Below, piece by piece: positions 35,990 to 47,149 of a stretch of DNA of 48,664 nucleotides. This DNA comes from Octopus bimaculoides (lineage: Eukaryota). The translations under genes and the position numbers were made by a program. Where the stretch lies: positions 27,667,586 to 27,716,249 of the forward strand of contig NC_068991.1 of assembly GCF_001194135.2 (NCBI RefSeq). Direction: 5' to 3'. Numbering within the stretch: the stretch's first letter is position 1; every line of letters starts with the position of its first letter. The notes under the pieces were generated by a model. The model had not been told where the DNA came from. It was given only the letters and a program-made list of their open reading frames with translations, and made no database searches.

Positions 35990-36750
35990 TGGCTGTATGG
36001 TAAGTAGGTTGCTTACCAACCACATGGTTCCGGATTCAGTCCCACTGCATGGCATCTTGGGTAAGTGTTTTCTACTATAGTCTCGGGCTGACCAAAGCCT
36101 TGTGAGTGGATTTGGTAGACGGAAACTGAAAGAAGCCCATCATGTGTGTGTGTGTGTGTGTNNNNNNNNNNNNNNNNNNNNNNNNNNNNNNNNNNNNNNN
36201 NNNNNNNNNNNNNNNNNNNNNNNNNNNNNNNNNNNNNNNNNNNNNNNNNNNNNNNNNNNNNNNNNNNNNNNNNNNNNNNNNNNNNNNNNNNNNNNNNNNN
36301 NNNNNNNNNNNNNNNNNNNNNNNNNNNNNNNNNNNNNNNNNNNNNNNNNNNNNNNNNNNNNNNNNNNNNNNNNNNNNNNNNNNNNNNNNNNNNNNNNNNN
36401 NNNNNNNNNNNNNNNNNNNNNNNNNNNNNNNNNNNNNNNNNNNNNNNNNNNNNNNNNNNNNNNNNNNNNNNNNNNNNNNNNNNNNNNNNNNNNNNNNNNN
36501 NNNNNNNNNNNNNNNNNNNNNNNNNNNNNNNNNNNNNNNNNNGCCAACACCCACCCACCCCCAACATAGTTTGACAACTGATGCTGGTGTGTTTACGTCC
36601 CCGTAACATAGCGGTTCAGCAAAAGGTCCGATAGAATAAGTACTAGGTTTACAAAGAATAAGTCCTAGGACCGATTTTCTCGACTAAAGGCGGTGCTCCA
36701 GCATGACCGTAGTCAAATGACTGAAAAAAGTAAAAGAATACAAGAATAAA
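35990..36750 (+). mobile_element. Family B CORE-type SINE spanning a gap in its internal microsatellite
   Basis: GGCTGTATGGTAAG head, GGATTCAGTCCC, GGCATCTTGGGTAAGTGTTTT; the 3' half resumes at 36545. Confidence 0.88.
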
Positions 36751-37100
36751 AGACTTCACCTCAAAACGAACGTGGGAAACAACTTTGCAATTTCAATTAA
36801 CTAATTATCAAATGGAGATATGCAGAAGAGACTTAGTCTCATTCACGGTAGCTACGATGCTAACACGAAGCTTGATTCTGTCTTATTAGAACCTCTCAAC
36901 AAAGCAGACTCAACATTGCAAATCACAGAATTACTGTATAATCAATTATTGTATAATTTTGGTATGAAAGTAACTCACTGATTAGGCAATGTAAAATAAT
37001 GACATTGTAAAATTTTCCAGCAATTCTTAAACTGTATATATCTCATACAGAAGACATCCTTGAGAAATTCTTCAATGACTATATTTATGCAGCATTATTA

Positions 37101-38249
37101 TTAGGTTGTTACACAGGAAATGTCGTATTTGAAAGGAGACAATAAAATGAGAACTGATTTATTTAATCAAAGTACGATCTATGTTCATTTATTACATTTA
37201 CCTAACGTTTTTCTATGTCATGTATTCCATCTTTAAAAAAGAAATTCGTTTTTGTTGTGATAAACTGTCCGAATGCTTCAATTACCTCTCCTCTATTTAA
37301 GAATGTTTTATTGCTTATGAAAAGCTCAATGCTTAAATAAGTGATGATCAGTAGGAGAGGTATCAGGGGAATAGGAAGGACGTTGCAAAATCTCATCATT
37401 TTGGACTGTAGCTTGAGGAGTGTGAGGACATGCATTGTCGTGGAGCAAAATTGGGCCATCTCTATTCACTACGACCGCGAGTCCGCTTCCCTAACCACTG
37501 GGCCATTGCGCCTCCACGTTTCTGACACCACGTAAAGGCTCCCTCGTTGGCTCCCTTATAGTGATGGTGATGGTGGTTGTCGGTATGGCTTCGTTTCTTG
37601 ATTAAAAATTCTCATGCATACAATCAATTTCCTGGCAATACGATGTTGCTGTTACCGTTTTTCCTTATTGCAAAAATGAATAATGAATAGCTCCCTTCGC
37701 AGACCACCATACAGTGACCACAAACTTTTTAGGGTGCAATGGTGTGCCTGGATAGTATTTAGGTGACTTTCCTACATCTAATCACTGTCCTGTTCTCCTG
37801 CTGTTGTCAAAGAGTATCCATTTCTCATCACAAGTAATGATTTAATGCAAAAATGTTATTTTCCAGTCGAGAAAACAATAAGGAACACACTTCGAGGCGT
37901 CTGTTTTTTTTTTAAATCTCGTTCAGTTGATGCGGAACATACCTATCCGTTTTCTTGAATTTTCCAATTTTTACATGTGTCCAAACACAGTTGTGCGAGA
38001 TGTTTGGAGTTCTGATGAAAGTTTTCGAACCTGCGCCAGGGTGATCCGGTTTGTACTCATTCGAGAAAATCACTCAGCATAGTTTGGTTGTTATCATTTT
38101 CATAAGGTCTGTGGGAACGAATTTTGCATACCAATATCGTTGGGAAAGAAAAAGAGTCAAGATTAAATCCAAGGTATACACAATTCAGTTGTTAAATGAC
38201 TGAAATAAGAAGTAATTAAAAATGCGACATTTCATGTGAAACGATCTAA
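37101..38249 (-). mobile_element. Mariner transposon relic (Hsmar1-like motifs) with both TIRs
   Basis: IGKFKKTDRYVPHQL, ITCDEKWILFDN, LHPKKFVVTVWW, LLHDNACPH, PSYSPDTSPTDHHLF, FFKDGI. TIRs TTAGGTTGTTACACAGGAAATGTCGTATTT (37101-37130, TA-flanked) and the inverted copy at 38220-38249. Confidence 0.9.
37469..37518 (-). mobile_element. Truncated SINE head inside the mariner
   Basis: GTGGAGGCGCAATGGCCCAGTGGTTAGGG A-box head, cut before the B box. Confidence 0.7.
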
Positions 38250-38343
38250 GTATTCTGTTAGTAGCCGAAAACAACACCATTAATACTGGTTTGTCCGTTT
38301 TACGCATTTATGGGTCTGTGTTTATGTGTGAGTATGTGTGTGT

Positions 38344-38740
38344 TATTTCTTTACTACCCACAAGGGGCTACACACAGAGGGGACAAACAAGGACAGACAA
38401 ACACGGATTAAGTCGATTATATCGACCCCAGTGCGTAACTGGTACTTATTTAATCGACCCCGAAAGGATGAAAGGCAAAGTCGACTTCGGCGGGATTTGA
38501 ACTCAGAACGTAGCGGCAGACGAAATACCTATTTCTTTACTGCCCACAAGGGGCTACACACAGAGGGGACAAACAAGGACAGACAAACGGATTAAGTCGA
38601 TTATATCGACCCCAGTGCGTAACTGGTACTTAATTTATCGACCCCGAAAGGATGAAAGGCAAAGTCGACCTCGGCGGAATTTGAACTCAGAACGCAGTGG
38701 CAGACGAAATACCGCTAAGCATTTCGCCCGGCGTGCTAAC
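38344..38740 (-). mobile_element. Head-to-tail dimer of family A SINE (Tx1-like tail subtype)
   Basis: Two ~190-bp units of high identity; junction GTAAAGAAATA|GGTATTTCGTCTG on the minus strand. Confidence 0.92.
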
Positions 38741-40119
38741 GTTTCATATATATGTATATGGATTGAGCTATATATAAAGGTATATTTACTTATGTATATA
38801 TCTGTTATATATGTGTGAACTGAGAGAGGAGGTAGGGAGAAAGAGACAAATGGCTTAAATGAAATGACTACTGAAATAACAACGGGGTAAATAAATCTCA
38901 ATAAAAACATAGGTATATTCTACATATTTCCACGAGAGATTAATTATGTTCCTTGAAAACATACCAAATTACACCTCCGACATCAGCGGATAACAGACGG
39001 CCTATTAAGAAAAAGTTATTATATTCTCCTTGAGGCTGCCGAAAAGCAAAGTTGGTATATAACGAAACGATCAAAATATTGAGAATTCAAAGATAAGTTC
39101 TCTTCGAGTAAAAAATCTCAGGACGAAAAGGAGTCACTATGTTTCTGTTCTGACATGTGTGTATCTTATTTTTATTTCCAAGTATCATTGTATATTTTTA
39201 TATCATCGCTCTAAACTTGAATATATTCATTTTTATTGAGCCCTTTGCTAAAGCGTTGTATGAAAGATATTCTTCTTATGTGGGGTAGGGATATAGTAAT
39301 CCAAAGTTTCAGAGTACACTGTAAAATTTCTGCCAACGAATTAGAGAATATGAGGGTGATCATAAGTGTGTAGTATAAGAAAATACATATCAGAACATGG
39401 CAACACAAATCATTGCATTGTGTGTGTGTGTGCGCGCGCGTGTGTGTGTGTGTGTGTGTGTGTGTGTTCAAGTCTTATCGTTTTATGTTCTTTTAAAATT
39501 TCGTCTTTGCGTATTTTTTTAGTCTTTTTTTTACGGTTAGTTTGCAACAATAAATTTCCTGAATTCACATTCGACGTTTCCAAACTTTCGCAGTCTCATT
39601 TTCATGAATTAAATATACTTGCGTCTATGTTGTTTCTTATATACCAGTTTAATTCATATAGAGGTCTTTTTCCATCTCTAGACTCCTGCAGTCACGTCTT
39701 GATTGTTTGTTGTGATCAAGTAAGTACACATATAACACATACACATCAAAAAAACTTAACACGTGAATACTGGCATGAACCCCTATCAGTCGAAAATTCG
39801 ACAGTAGTAGTGGTGGTTATAGCAGTAGAAGATAGCACTTTGTAGCATGTTGTTTCAGCCTCAACCGACCATGATCGAAAGAACTTTTGCGGCCAACGAT
39901 ATTCTGACCGTGACCATCACTTTTTTCTCCTGTATGCTTGAAACCCAGCAACCCAGATCATAAAAACTGTTCGGATCTTTTGTTTGGCTACACCTGTGGA
40001 AATTTTAAAGTTTAGTGAGAATTTTAAAATTTGTTGTGTTGATGTAATCTTCCACGCTGAATCTCAGGGGATATTTAACTTTTTTTCTAGAAAAACTTTT
40101 GTAAGACGGCAGGATGGTA

Positions 40120-40458
40120 TCTGAGAGAGGTTGGTTGCTATTTCTGACACCGACGATGAGGGTTCCAGTTGATCCGATCAACCGAACAGCTTGTTCGTGA
40201 TTATTAACGTGCAAGTGGCTGAGCACTCCACAGACGTGTACCCTTAACGGGGAGATTCAGCATGATACGGAGTGTGACAAGGCTGGCCCTTTGAAAATAC
40301 AGGTACAACAGAAACAGGAAGAAAGAGTGAGAGAAAGTTGTGGTGAAAGAGTAGAGCAGGGTTCGCCACCACCCCCAGCCGGAGCTTCGTGGAGTTTTAG
40401 GTGTTTTCGCTCGATAAACACTCACAACGCCCGGTCTGGGAATCGAAACCGCGAACCT
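40120..40458 (-). mobile_element. tRNA-derived SINE (family C-related head, long 3' body), 5' end lost in the gap
   Basis: GGTTTCGATTCCCAGACCGGGCG B box next to the gap; its body ACACGTCTGTGGAGTGCTCAGCCACTTGCACGTTAAT also occurs at about 48250-48300. Confidence 0.75.
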
Positions 40459-41359
40459 NNNNNNNNNNNNNNNNNNNNNNNNNNNNNNNNNNNNNNNNNN
40501 NNNNNNNNNNNNNNNNNNNNNNNNNNNNNNNNNNNNNNNNNNNNNNNNNNNNNNNNNNNNNNNNNNNNNNNNNNNNNNNNNNNNNNNNNNNNNNNNNNNN
40601 NNNNNNNNNNNNNNNNNNNNNNNNNNNNNNNNNNNNNNNNNNNNNNNNNNNNNNNNNNNNNNNNNNNNNNNNNNNNNNNNNNNNNNNNNNNNNNNNNNNN
40701 NNNNNNNNNNNNNNNNNNNNNNNNNNNNNNNNNNNNNNNNNNNNNNNNNNNNNNNNNNNNNNNNNNNNNNNNNNNNNNNNNNNNNNNNNNNNNNNNNNNN
40801 NNNNNNNNNNNNNNNNNNNNNNNNNNNNNNNNNNNNNNNNNNNNNNNNNNNNNNNNNNNNNNNNNNNNNNNNNNNNNNNNNNNNNNNNNNNNNNNNNNNN
40901 NNNNNNNNNNNNNNNNNNNNNNNNNNNNNNNNNNNNNNNNNNNNNNNNNNNNNNNNNNNNNNNNNNNNNNNNNNNNNNNNNNNNNNNNNNNNNNNNNNNN
41001 NNNNNNNNNNNNNNNNNNNNNNNNNNNNNNNNNNNNNNNNNNNNNNNNNNNNNNNNNNNNNNNNNNNNNNNNNNNNNNNNNNNNNNNNNNNNNNNNNNNN
41101 NNNNNNNNNNNNNNNNNNNNNNNNNNNNNNNNNNNNNNNNNNNNNNNNNNNNNNNNNNNNNNNNNNNNNNNNNNNNNNNNNNNNNNNNNNNNNNNNNNNN
41201 NNNNNNNNNNNNNNNNNNNNNNNNNNNNNNNNNNNNNNNNNNNNNNNNNNNNNNNNNNNNNNNNNNNNNNNNNNNNNNACGACGGCGACAACCACAAGGA
41301 TGATAATGATGATCAGGTGGAGAAAGGAAGAAGAGTAGGTAGTGGTGGTGGTGGTGATG

Positions 41360-41420
<61 letters not shown>

Positions 41421-41439
41421 CAGGAGGAGGAGGAGGATA

Positions 41440-42200
41440 CTGGCAGAATCGTCAGAGTGGTGAAAATCTCTTGCTGTATTTCTTCCCGCTCTTTACTTTC
41501 TGAGTTCAAATCCCACTGAAGTCAATTTTGCCATTCATCGTTCCGGGGTCGGTTAAAATAAAGTACCAGTGAACTACTGGAGTCCATGGTATTGATTAAC
41601 CCTCACCTTCCCTCAGAATTGATGGATTCCTGCATAAATTTGACAGCATTATTATTATTATTGCTGTTTTCAGGACATGTGACTATTGTAGAAAGGGTTA
41701 TTATTATTATTATTGTTGCTGTTGCTAAGGCGGCGAGCTGGCAGAGTTTTTAACACACTGGACGAAGTGCTTAGCGGTATTTCGCTCGTCGCTACGTTCT
41801 GGGTTCGAATTGCGTCGAGATCGACTATGCCTTTCATTTTTTTTCGGGGGCCGATAAATTAAGTACCAGTGAAATTCTGGAGTTGATGTAATCGACTAGT
41901 CTCCTCCCCTAACGCTTTGGGCTTTGTGCCTATTATAGAAAGGATTAATATTATTGTTGTTGTTGTTGTTTCTAAGGTGGCGAGCTGACAGACTCGTTAG
42001 CACGCCAGGCAAAATGTTCAGCGGCATTTCGTCCGTCTTTACATTCTGAGATCAAACTCTGCCGAAGTCGGCTTTGCCTTTTATTTATTCTTTTTTTTCT
42101 TTCGGTTCGATAAAATACGTGCCAGTTCAGTGCTGGGATCAATGTAATCGACTTGTCCCCTCCCCCTGAAATTTCAGGCTTTGCTTCTATAGCAGAAAGG
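41440..42200 (+). mobile_element. Three co-oriented family A SINEs separated by (ATT)/(GTT) spacers
   Basis: Copies at about 41440-41645, 41725-41945 and 41972-42200, each with a GGC(A)GA head, a GTTC(A/G)AAT-type B box and a GAAAGG-ATT or similar end. Confidence 0.88.
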
Positions 42201-42305
42201 ATGATTATTGTTGTTGTTGTTGTTACTGCTGTTTTTGTTACCATTTTTGTTGCTGTTGTTGCTTTTGCTGCTACTGTCGCTGTTATTGTTGCTTTTGTTG
42301 CTTTT

Positions 42306-42336
<31 letters not shown>

Positions 42337-43414
42337 CTGTTGTTGTTGTTGTTGTTGTTGTTACTACTGCTGCTATTTTCTCGTACTTGTTGAATATTGT
42401 AAACTCTGGTCACTTCAAACTTCGTATACTTTAGATTGAAAGTGAAGAGAATGCAGCGAAATTTGAAAAGAAAAAAAAAGGAAAAAAAACTTATAAGCCA
42501 GGAAAATATTCTCCGCGTTTTTGTGCATAATTATCCAAGGACTTTAGTTGAGATTTGTATCAATATAAAAGCCATCATTCGTGAATGCTCTTCTCTTTAC
42601 TTGTTATTGCTATTGCGTGTGATTGTCGTTGTTTATTTTATTTTTTCTGCTAAATTTTATTATCGACTGCTAACATTGTTGGTGAGCCATAAAGAAAACA
42701 AATGCTAACCACTTCACTGTTTTATTGCGATGTAACCATTAATCTTTGAGTTAGTGACAACTGTAAGAAGAGAAGAGCTTGATGATAGCAATACTTTGGT
42801 TTTAAAGTCTCAATTGTCTGCACACTAATTATAGCAACACTGTTGACGTCAACAACAACAACGACGACGACGACGATGACAACAAAAACAGCAACTACCG
42901 CTGACGGCAATAACAACTGCATTTTAACTGCCAGAGTAACTGTAAAAGTAATCACAACAATGGCTGAGAAAAATAAATCAACTACATCATAACAATGGGC
43001 AGACAACCTACGAGAGAATCTATGCGGCCACTCAGTCAAATCACATCCTACCATCTTTAAAAGAACAAAGCAACATATCTGAATACTGTAATTCTGGGTA
43101 TATTAAGCAGGAAGAAGACGGATGGTCTCGGTTGGAACTTTAAATCAGCAATGGAAAGTCGACACTCGAGACAGAAGCTTCGTCTACCTACCTACATGTC
43201 ACAGGTCAGGTCGATCAGAGCTGAGCTGAAACCAAATAACAACAACAGCAAAAGCAACAACAATAGCGACCACAGCAGCAATAATGGAGAGAGCTATAGG
43301 CAGTAGGTGTGTTATTCTTGATTAGGTAAGAATGAAAGTCAATTGTGAAACTGCACAAGTGCAGGTAACAGGAAAAGCTGCACACATTCAGTATGAGTGT
43401 CTATAGTATAGGTC

Positions 43415-43630
43415 ACAGAATCTACAGCACGCAATCTGCAATGGAATGCATATATTCTGAAATGGACTGCACCAGTTCTGAAATGAGCTGCACAAATTCT
43501 ACAGTGGATCACACAAGCTCTGCAATGGAATACACAAGAACAGATAACGTAACATGGTTAACAGTATAAGTTTTGCAATGGAATCAGCTGCAGAGGTATG
43601 ATGATAAATTGTACAAGTTCTACAGTACAC
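43415..43630 (+). repeat. Degenerate 21-bp minisatellite (consensus ~TGCACAAGTTCTGCAATGGAA)
   Basis: TGCATATATTCTGAAATGGAC / TGCACCAGTTCTGAAATGAGC / TGCACAAATTCTACAGTGGAT / CACACAAGCTCTGCAATGGAA. Confidence 0.7.
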
Positions 43631-44682
43631 GGCACATGTACATGCAAGAAAATCAAAAGTAGAGCGACGACAATAAAAGTTGGGACAATGTTGATTACAA
43701 AAAACTTCACAAGTAGTCACTCCCCTGGCTAGGAACAGTAGCCAATCTCATTCATATCATACTCTGCTATCTTGAAACAAGAAAAAAAAAACATGATATA
43801 CTTGTTGATATGTGGGTTGGGAAAGGCCGAGATAGTTATAACTCTGCTCAAATGAGGTTATTTACTGCTAAACAAAAAGAAAAGAAACTATTGGAACAGT
43901 AGGAAAAAGGCGATAAATTTCAAGATACAGAAGTTGAACGATCGACTCAGGGTTGCTAGATGTGAAAACTTGAGAATTAGATGTTTTGCAACTTACGATA
44001 GATATAACTAATGTAGAAGACGTTTAAACGGAATTCAAAACTGAAACAGTAGTAAATGGAACGTTTGGGCGGGGAGTATAACTATTGGCTGTTTTGTGGT
44101 TGTAGACCAACCTGAATTGAAAAAAGTAGCTATAATTCTACTAACATTCTTTGTTGCCTTTCGTTCTTTTCATTACAGTATCTTGAATTATATATATATA
44201 TAGTTGAAAAAAGATTAGAGATCTATACAAATCAAATTTTTATATATAAAACTGATGGAGGTGGAAATAGCACTGAATTAAGTTGAAGACATTTCAGTTT
44301 AAGAGGGAATTTAATAAAAGATTATATAAATAAAAATACTAATATTAACGGTTTCGATGTATTTCATTTTATCAAGATATTAGTAAAAATTTATTCAANN
44401 NNNNNNNNNNNNNNNNNNNNNNNNNNNNNNNNNNNNNNNNNNNNNNNNNNNNNNNNNNNNNNNNNNNNNNNNNNNNNNNNNNNNNNNNNNNNNNNNNNNN
44501 NNNNNNNNNNNNNNNNNNNNNNNNNNNNNNNNNNNNNNNNNNNNNNNNNNNNNNNNNNNNNNNNNNNNNNNNNNNNNNNNNNNNNNNNNNNNNNNNNNNN
44601 NNNNNNNNNNNNNNNNNNNNNNNNNNNNNNNNNNNNNNNNNNNNNNNNNNNNNNNNNNNNNNNNNNNNNNNNNNNNNNNNNN

Positions 44683-45120
44683 GTGTGTGTGTGTGTGTGT
44701 GTGTGTGAGTGTGTGTGTGTGTGTGTGTGTATTCTGTTGAATGTCCTTCAATGTATTTTGAAAAATGACCAGTTGTGAGTTAATGGGTGTATATGTTGTG
44801 AAGAATTTCTCTTGTTGAAAAAAGAATTAGAATTTTTCTTTGGGTTAGATGCATTCTTTTGAGTGTTTCCACCTGTAAATGTGTGGTCGCCTGCTCTGTG
44901 TGTGTTTTTGTGATGTCTTCTTTTTTGTGTTGTGTGTGCTTGTGTGTGTGTATGTTTGTGTGTATATATAGAGTTGTGTGTGTGATGTTTTCAGATGTAT
45001 GTGTGTGAGTGTGTGCATGCTTGTGTGTGTGTGTGTTTTTTGTGTATGTGTGTATGTTTGTGTGTGCGTGTGTGTGTGTCTGTGTGTGTTTATGTGTGTG
45101 TGCTGGCATATATGTATATC
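44683..45120. repeat. Degenerate (TG)n-rich tract directly downstream of the PLE ORF
   Basis: Direct reading. Confidence 0.9.
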
Positions 45121-45208
45121 GAAAAAAGATTTAGGAGACGATGGGAAGTATTTTTTTAAAATGATAATATGTATAAAATTGTTGAAAATTGTTTTTAAAT
45201 GCCTGTTC

Positions 45209-45825
45209 TTATTTATTGGTTATGGCTGGGTCTATATTTAATTGTGGTTTATACTTGTTGATAAATAGTCTTTTCTTATTCAATCTTTGCTGTTGATTGA
45301 AGGAATCCGAGCACTTGTAGAGAGGAAATATTTTGAAATTAGTTAAGACCATTCCTGTACAGGTTGCAATGTGGTTACTTAAAGGAATTTTCTTTGTGCT
45401 TTTACCTCGGATCTGTTGGCGATGGGTCGTCATTCTGTTGCGTAACGATCCACCCGTTTGACCTATGTAATTATGTTGGCAACCATTGCATGTGATTGCG
45501 TAGATCAGGATTTCCATGTTGCAGGTGAAATTTGACTTTGACTTTCAAGGTTTGGAGATCTTTGAATTTAAATTCTGGTCCCTCAATTAGGTAAAGGCAT
45601 GTGCCGCAGTTTGTTCTCCCGCATTTTGTGACCGTTGAGTTAGGGGTTTCTTTGTGTGTTTTTGCTCCAGTCAGAATGAGTTTTAGTGTTTTGGGCTGCC
45701 TTTTGCTTTTAATGATTTGTTATTTTTCTAAGATTTTCTATATTTCGGTGTTCCTTGGATTGAAGGCTGACACGAATGGTAAGACATTCTTTCTTCTTTT
45801 GTTTTTTTTGTTTTCGTAAATTCAT
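45209..45825 (-). mobile_element. Penelope-like element C-terminus with GIY-YIG endonuclease
   Basis: VLPFVSAFNPRN..IIKSKRQPKTLKLILT..KCGRTNCGTC..FTCNMEILIYAITCNGCQHNYIGQTGGSLRNRMTTHRQQI..LSNHIATC..FINKYKPQLN. Confidence 0.9.
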
Positions 45826-45832
45826 TGATACA

Positions 45833-45882
<50 letters not shown>

Positions 45883-46060
45883 NNNNNNNNNNNNNNNNNN
45901 NNNNNNNNNNNNNNNNNNNNNNNNNNNNNNNNNNNNNNNNNNNNNNNNNNNNNNNNNNNNNNNNNNNNNNNNNNNNNNNNNNNNNNNNNNNNNNNNNNNN
46001 NNNNNNNNNNNNNNNNNNNNNNNNNNNNNNNNNNNNNNNNACAGTCAATAGACTATGTAT

Positions 46061-46383
46061 TATTCATTTAAAATGCAGAGACGCCTATAATAGGACATCT
46101 AACCCGCTATAAATAGCAGCAAAATACTACATACCACAAAATTAGGGATAATTTCGAAAGGGGATGAAAAATAAAAACATTTACCAATCTATATTCTGTA
46201 CCATGGTTTCAAGTCAATTTTAGTAAGGTAAAAACTACCATAGTACAGAATATAGATTGGTAAATGTTTTTATTTTTCATCCCCTTTCGAAATTATCCCT
46301 AATTTTGTGGTATGTAGTATTTTGCTGCTATTTCTAGCGGGTTAGATGTCCTATTATAGGCATCTCTGCATTTTAAATGAATA
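46061..46383. mobile_element. Foldback/MITE-like element with 147-bp inverted arms and a 29-bp spacer
   Basis: 46061-46207 is the reverse complement of 46237-46383 with 3 mismatches; both ends terminate in TA. Confidence 0.9.
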
Positions 46384-46422
46384 TATATATATATATTACA
46401 ACAAAGATTTTATATCTTGGAC

Positions 46423-46488
46423 AGAGTTACCCAAAGTTTCGCATCCACAAAGCAAAGCCTTGTGGACAGCTCGTCAGCGTCAGACTCT
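46423..46488 (-). ncRNA. Type I hammerhead ribozyme motif (HHR2) with a 6-nt core duplication
   Basis: Minus strand reads AGAGT-[CTGACG]-CTGACGA-GCtgTCCACAAGGC-ttt-GCTTTGTGGAtGC-GAAA-C-tttgg-GTA^ACTCT. The core is perfect, stem II closes with G-C, and stem I is AGAGT/ACTCT. Confidence 0.75.
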
Positions 46489-46654
46489 ATATAAATACAA
46501 AATTTAAACTATCTACGTCGTAGATGTGAGGAAACTCTCAGAACTCGAGGAATACGTCTTAACAAAAAAACGATAATGAAGACGGGTTATCTCCCCTGAA
46601 CCAGAGTGGGTGGAAACCCTTGTAAACCCGAAGAGGCCTAACTAGCAAACGGGC

Positions 46655-46687
46655 AGACAGATAGACAGACAGACAGACAGACAAACG

Positions 46688-46731
<44 letters not shown>

Positions 46732-46750
46732 TACAGACAGACAGACAGAC

Positions 46751-46810
<60 letters not shown>
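46655..46810. repeat. (CAGA)n then (TAGA)n tetranucleotide microsatellite
   Basis: Direct reading. Confidence 0.95.
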
Positions 46811-46811
<1 letters not shown>

Positions 46812-46973
46812 TACGTTTGTAACGAACTGGAAGAATGAGCAAATTATCAGCGGGAATATGGATAACCAAATCTTCCAATAGAATTTATGTTAACATTCTG
46901 GAATTTAGGGTTTCATGCTAACGAAATTCATCATTTATTCAACCAGAATTCACATCACAAATTACTCTCTGCC

Positions 46974-47082
<109 letters not shown>

Positions 47083-47149
47083 AATGTTTGTATTGACGTA
47101 AAGTTATATATAGTAACATATGAACATTACATTGAAGGATCATTCAATA

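Noticed and set aside
41440-42380. Repeat-spacer appearance reminiscent of a CRISPR array
   Set aside because: The units are ~200-bp diverged SINEs, the spacers are microsatellites, there are no cas genes, and the context is eukaryotic.
10219-46112. Long ORFs containing X runs
   Set aside because: They are open only because they cross N gaps.
46620-46660. CCGAAGAGGCC..GGGCAGAC as a third, decayed hammerhead
   Set aside because: Both core boxes are broken and no stems I or III are visible.
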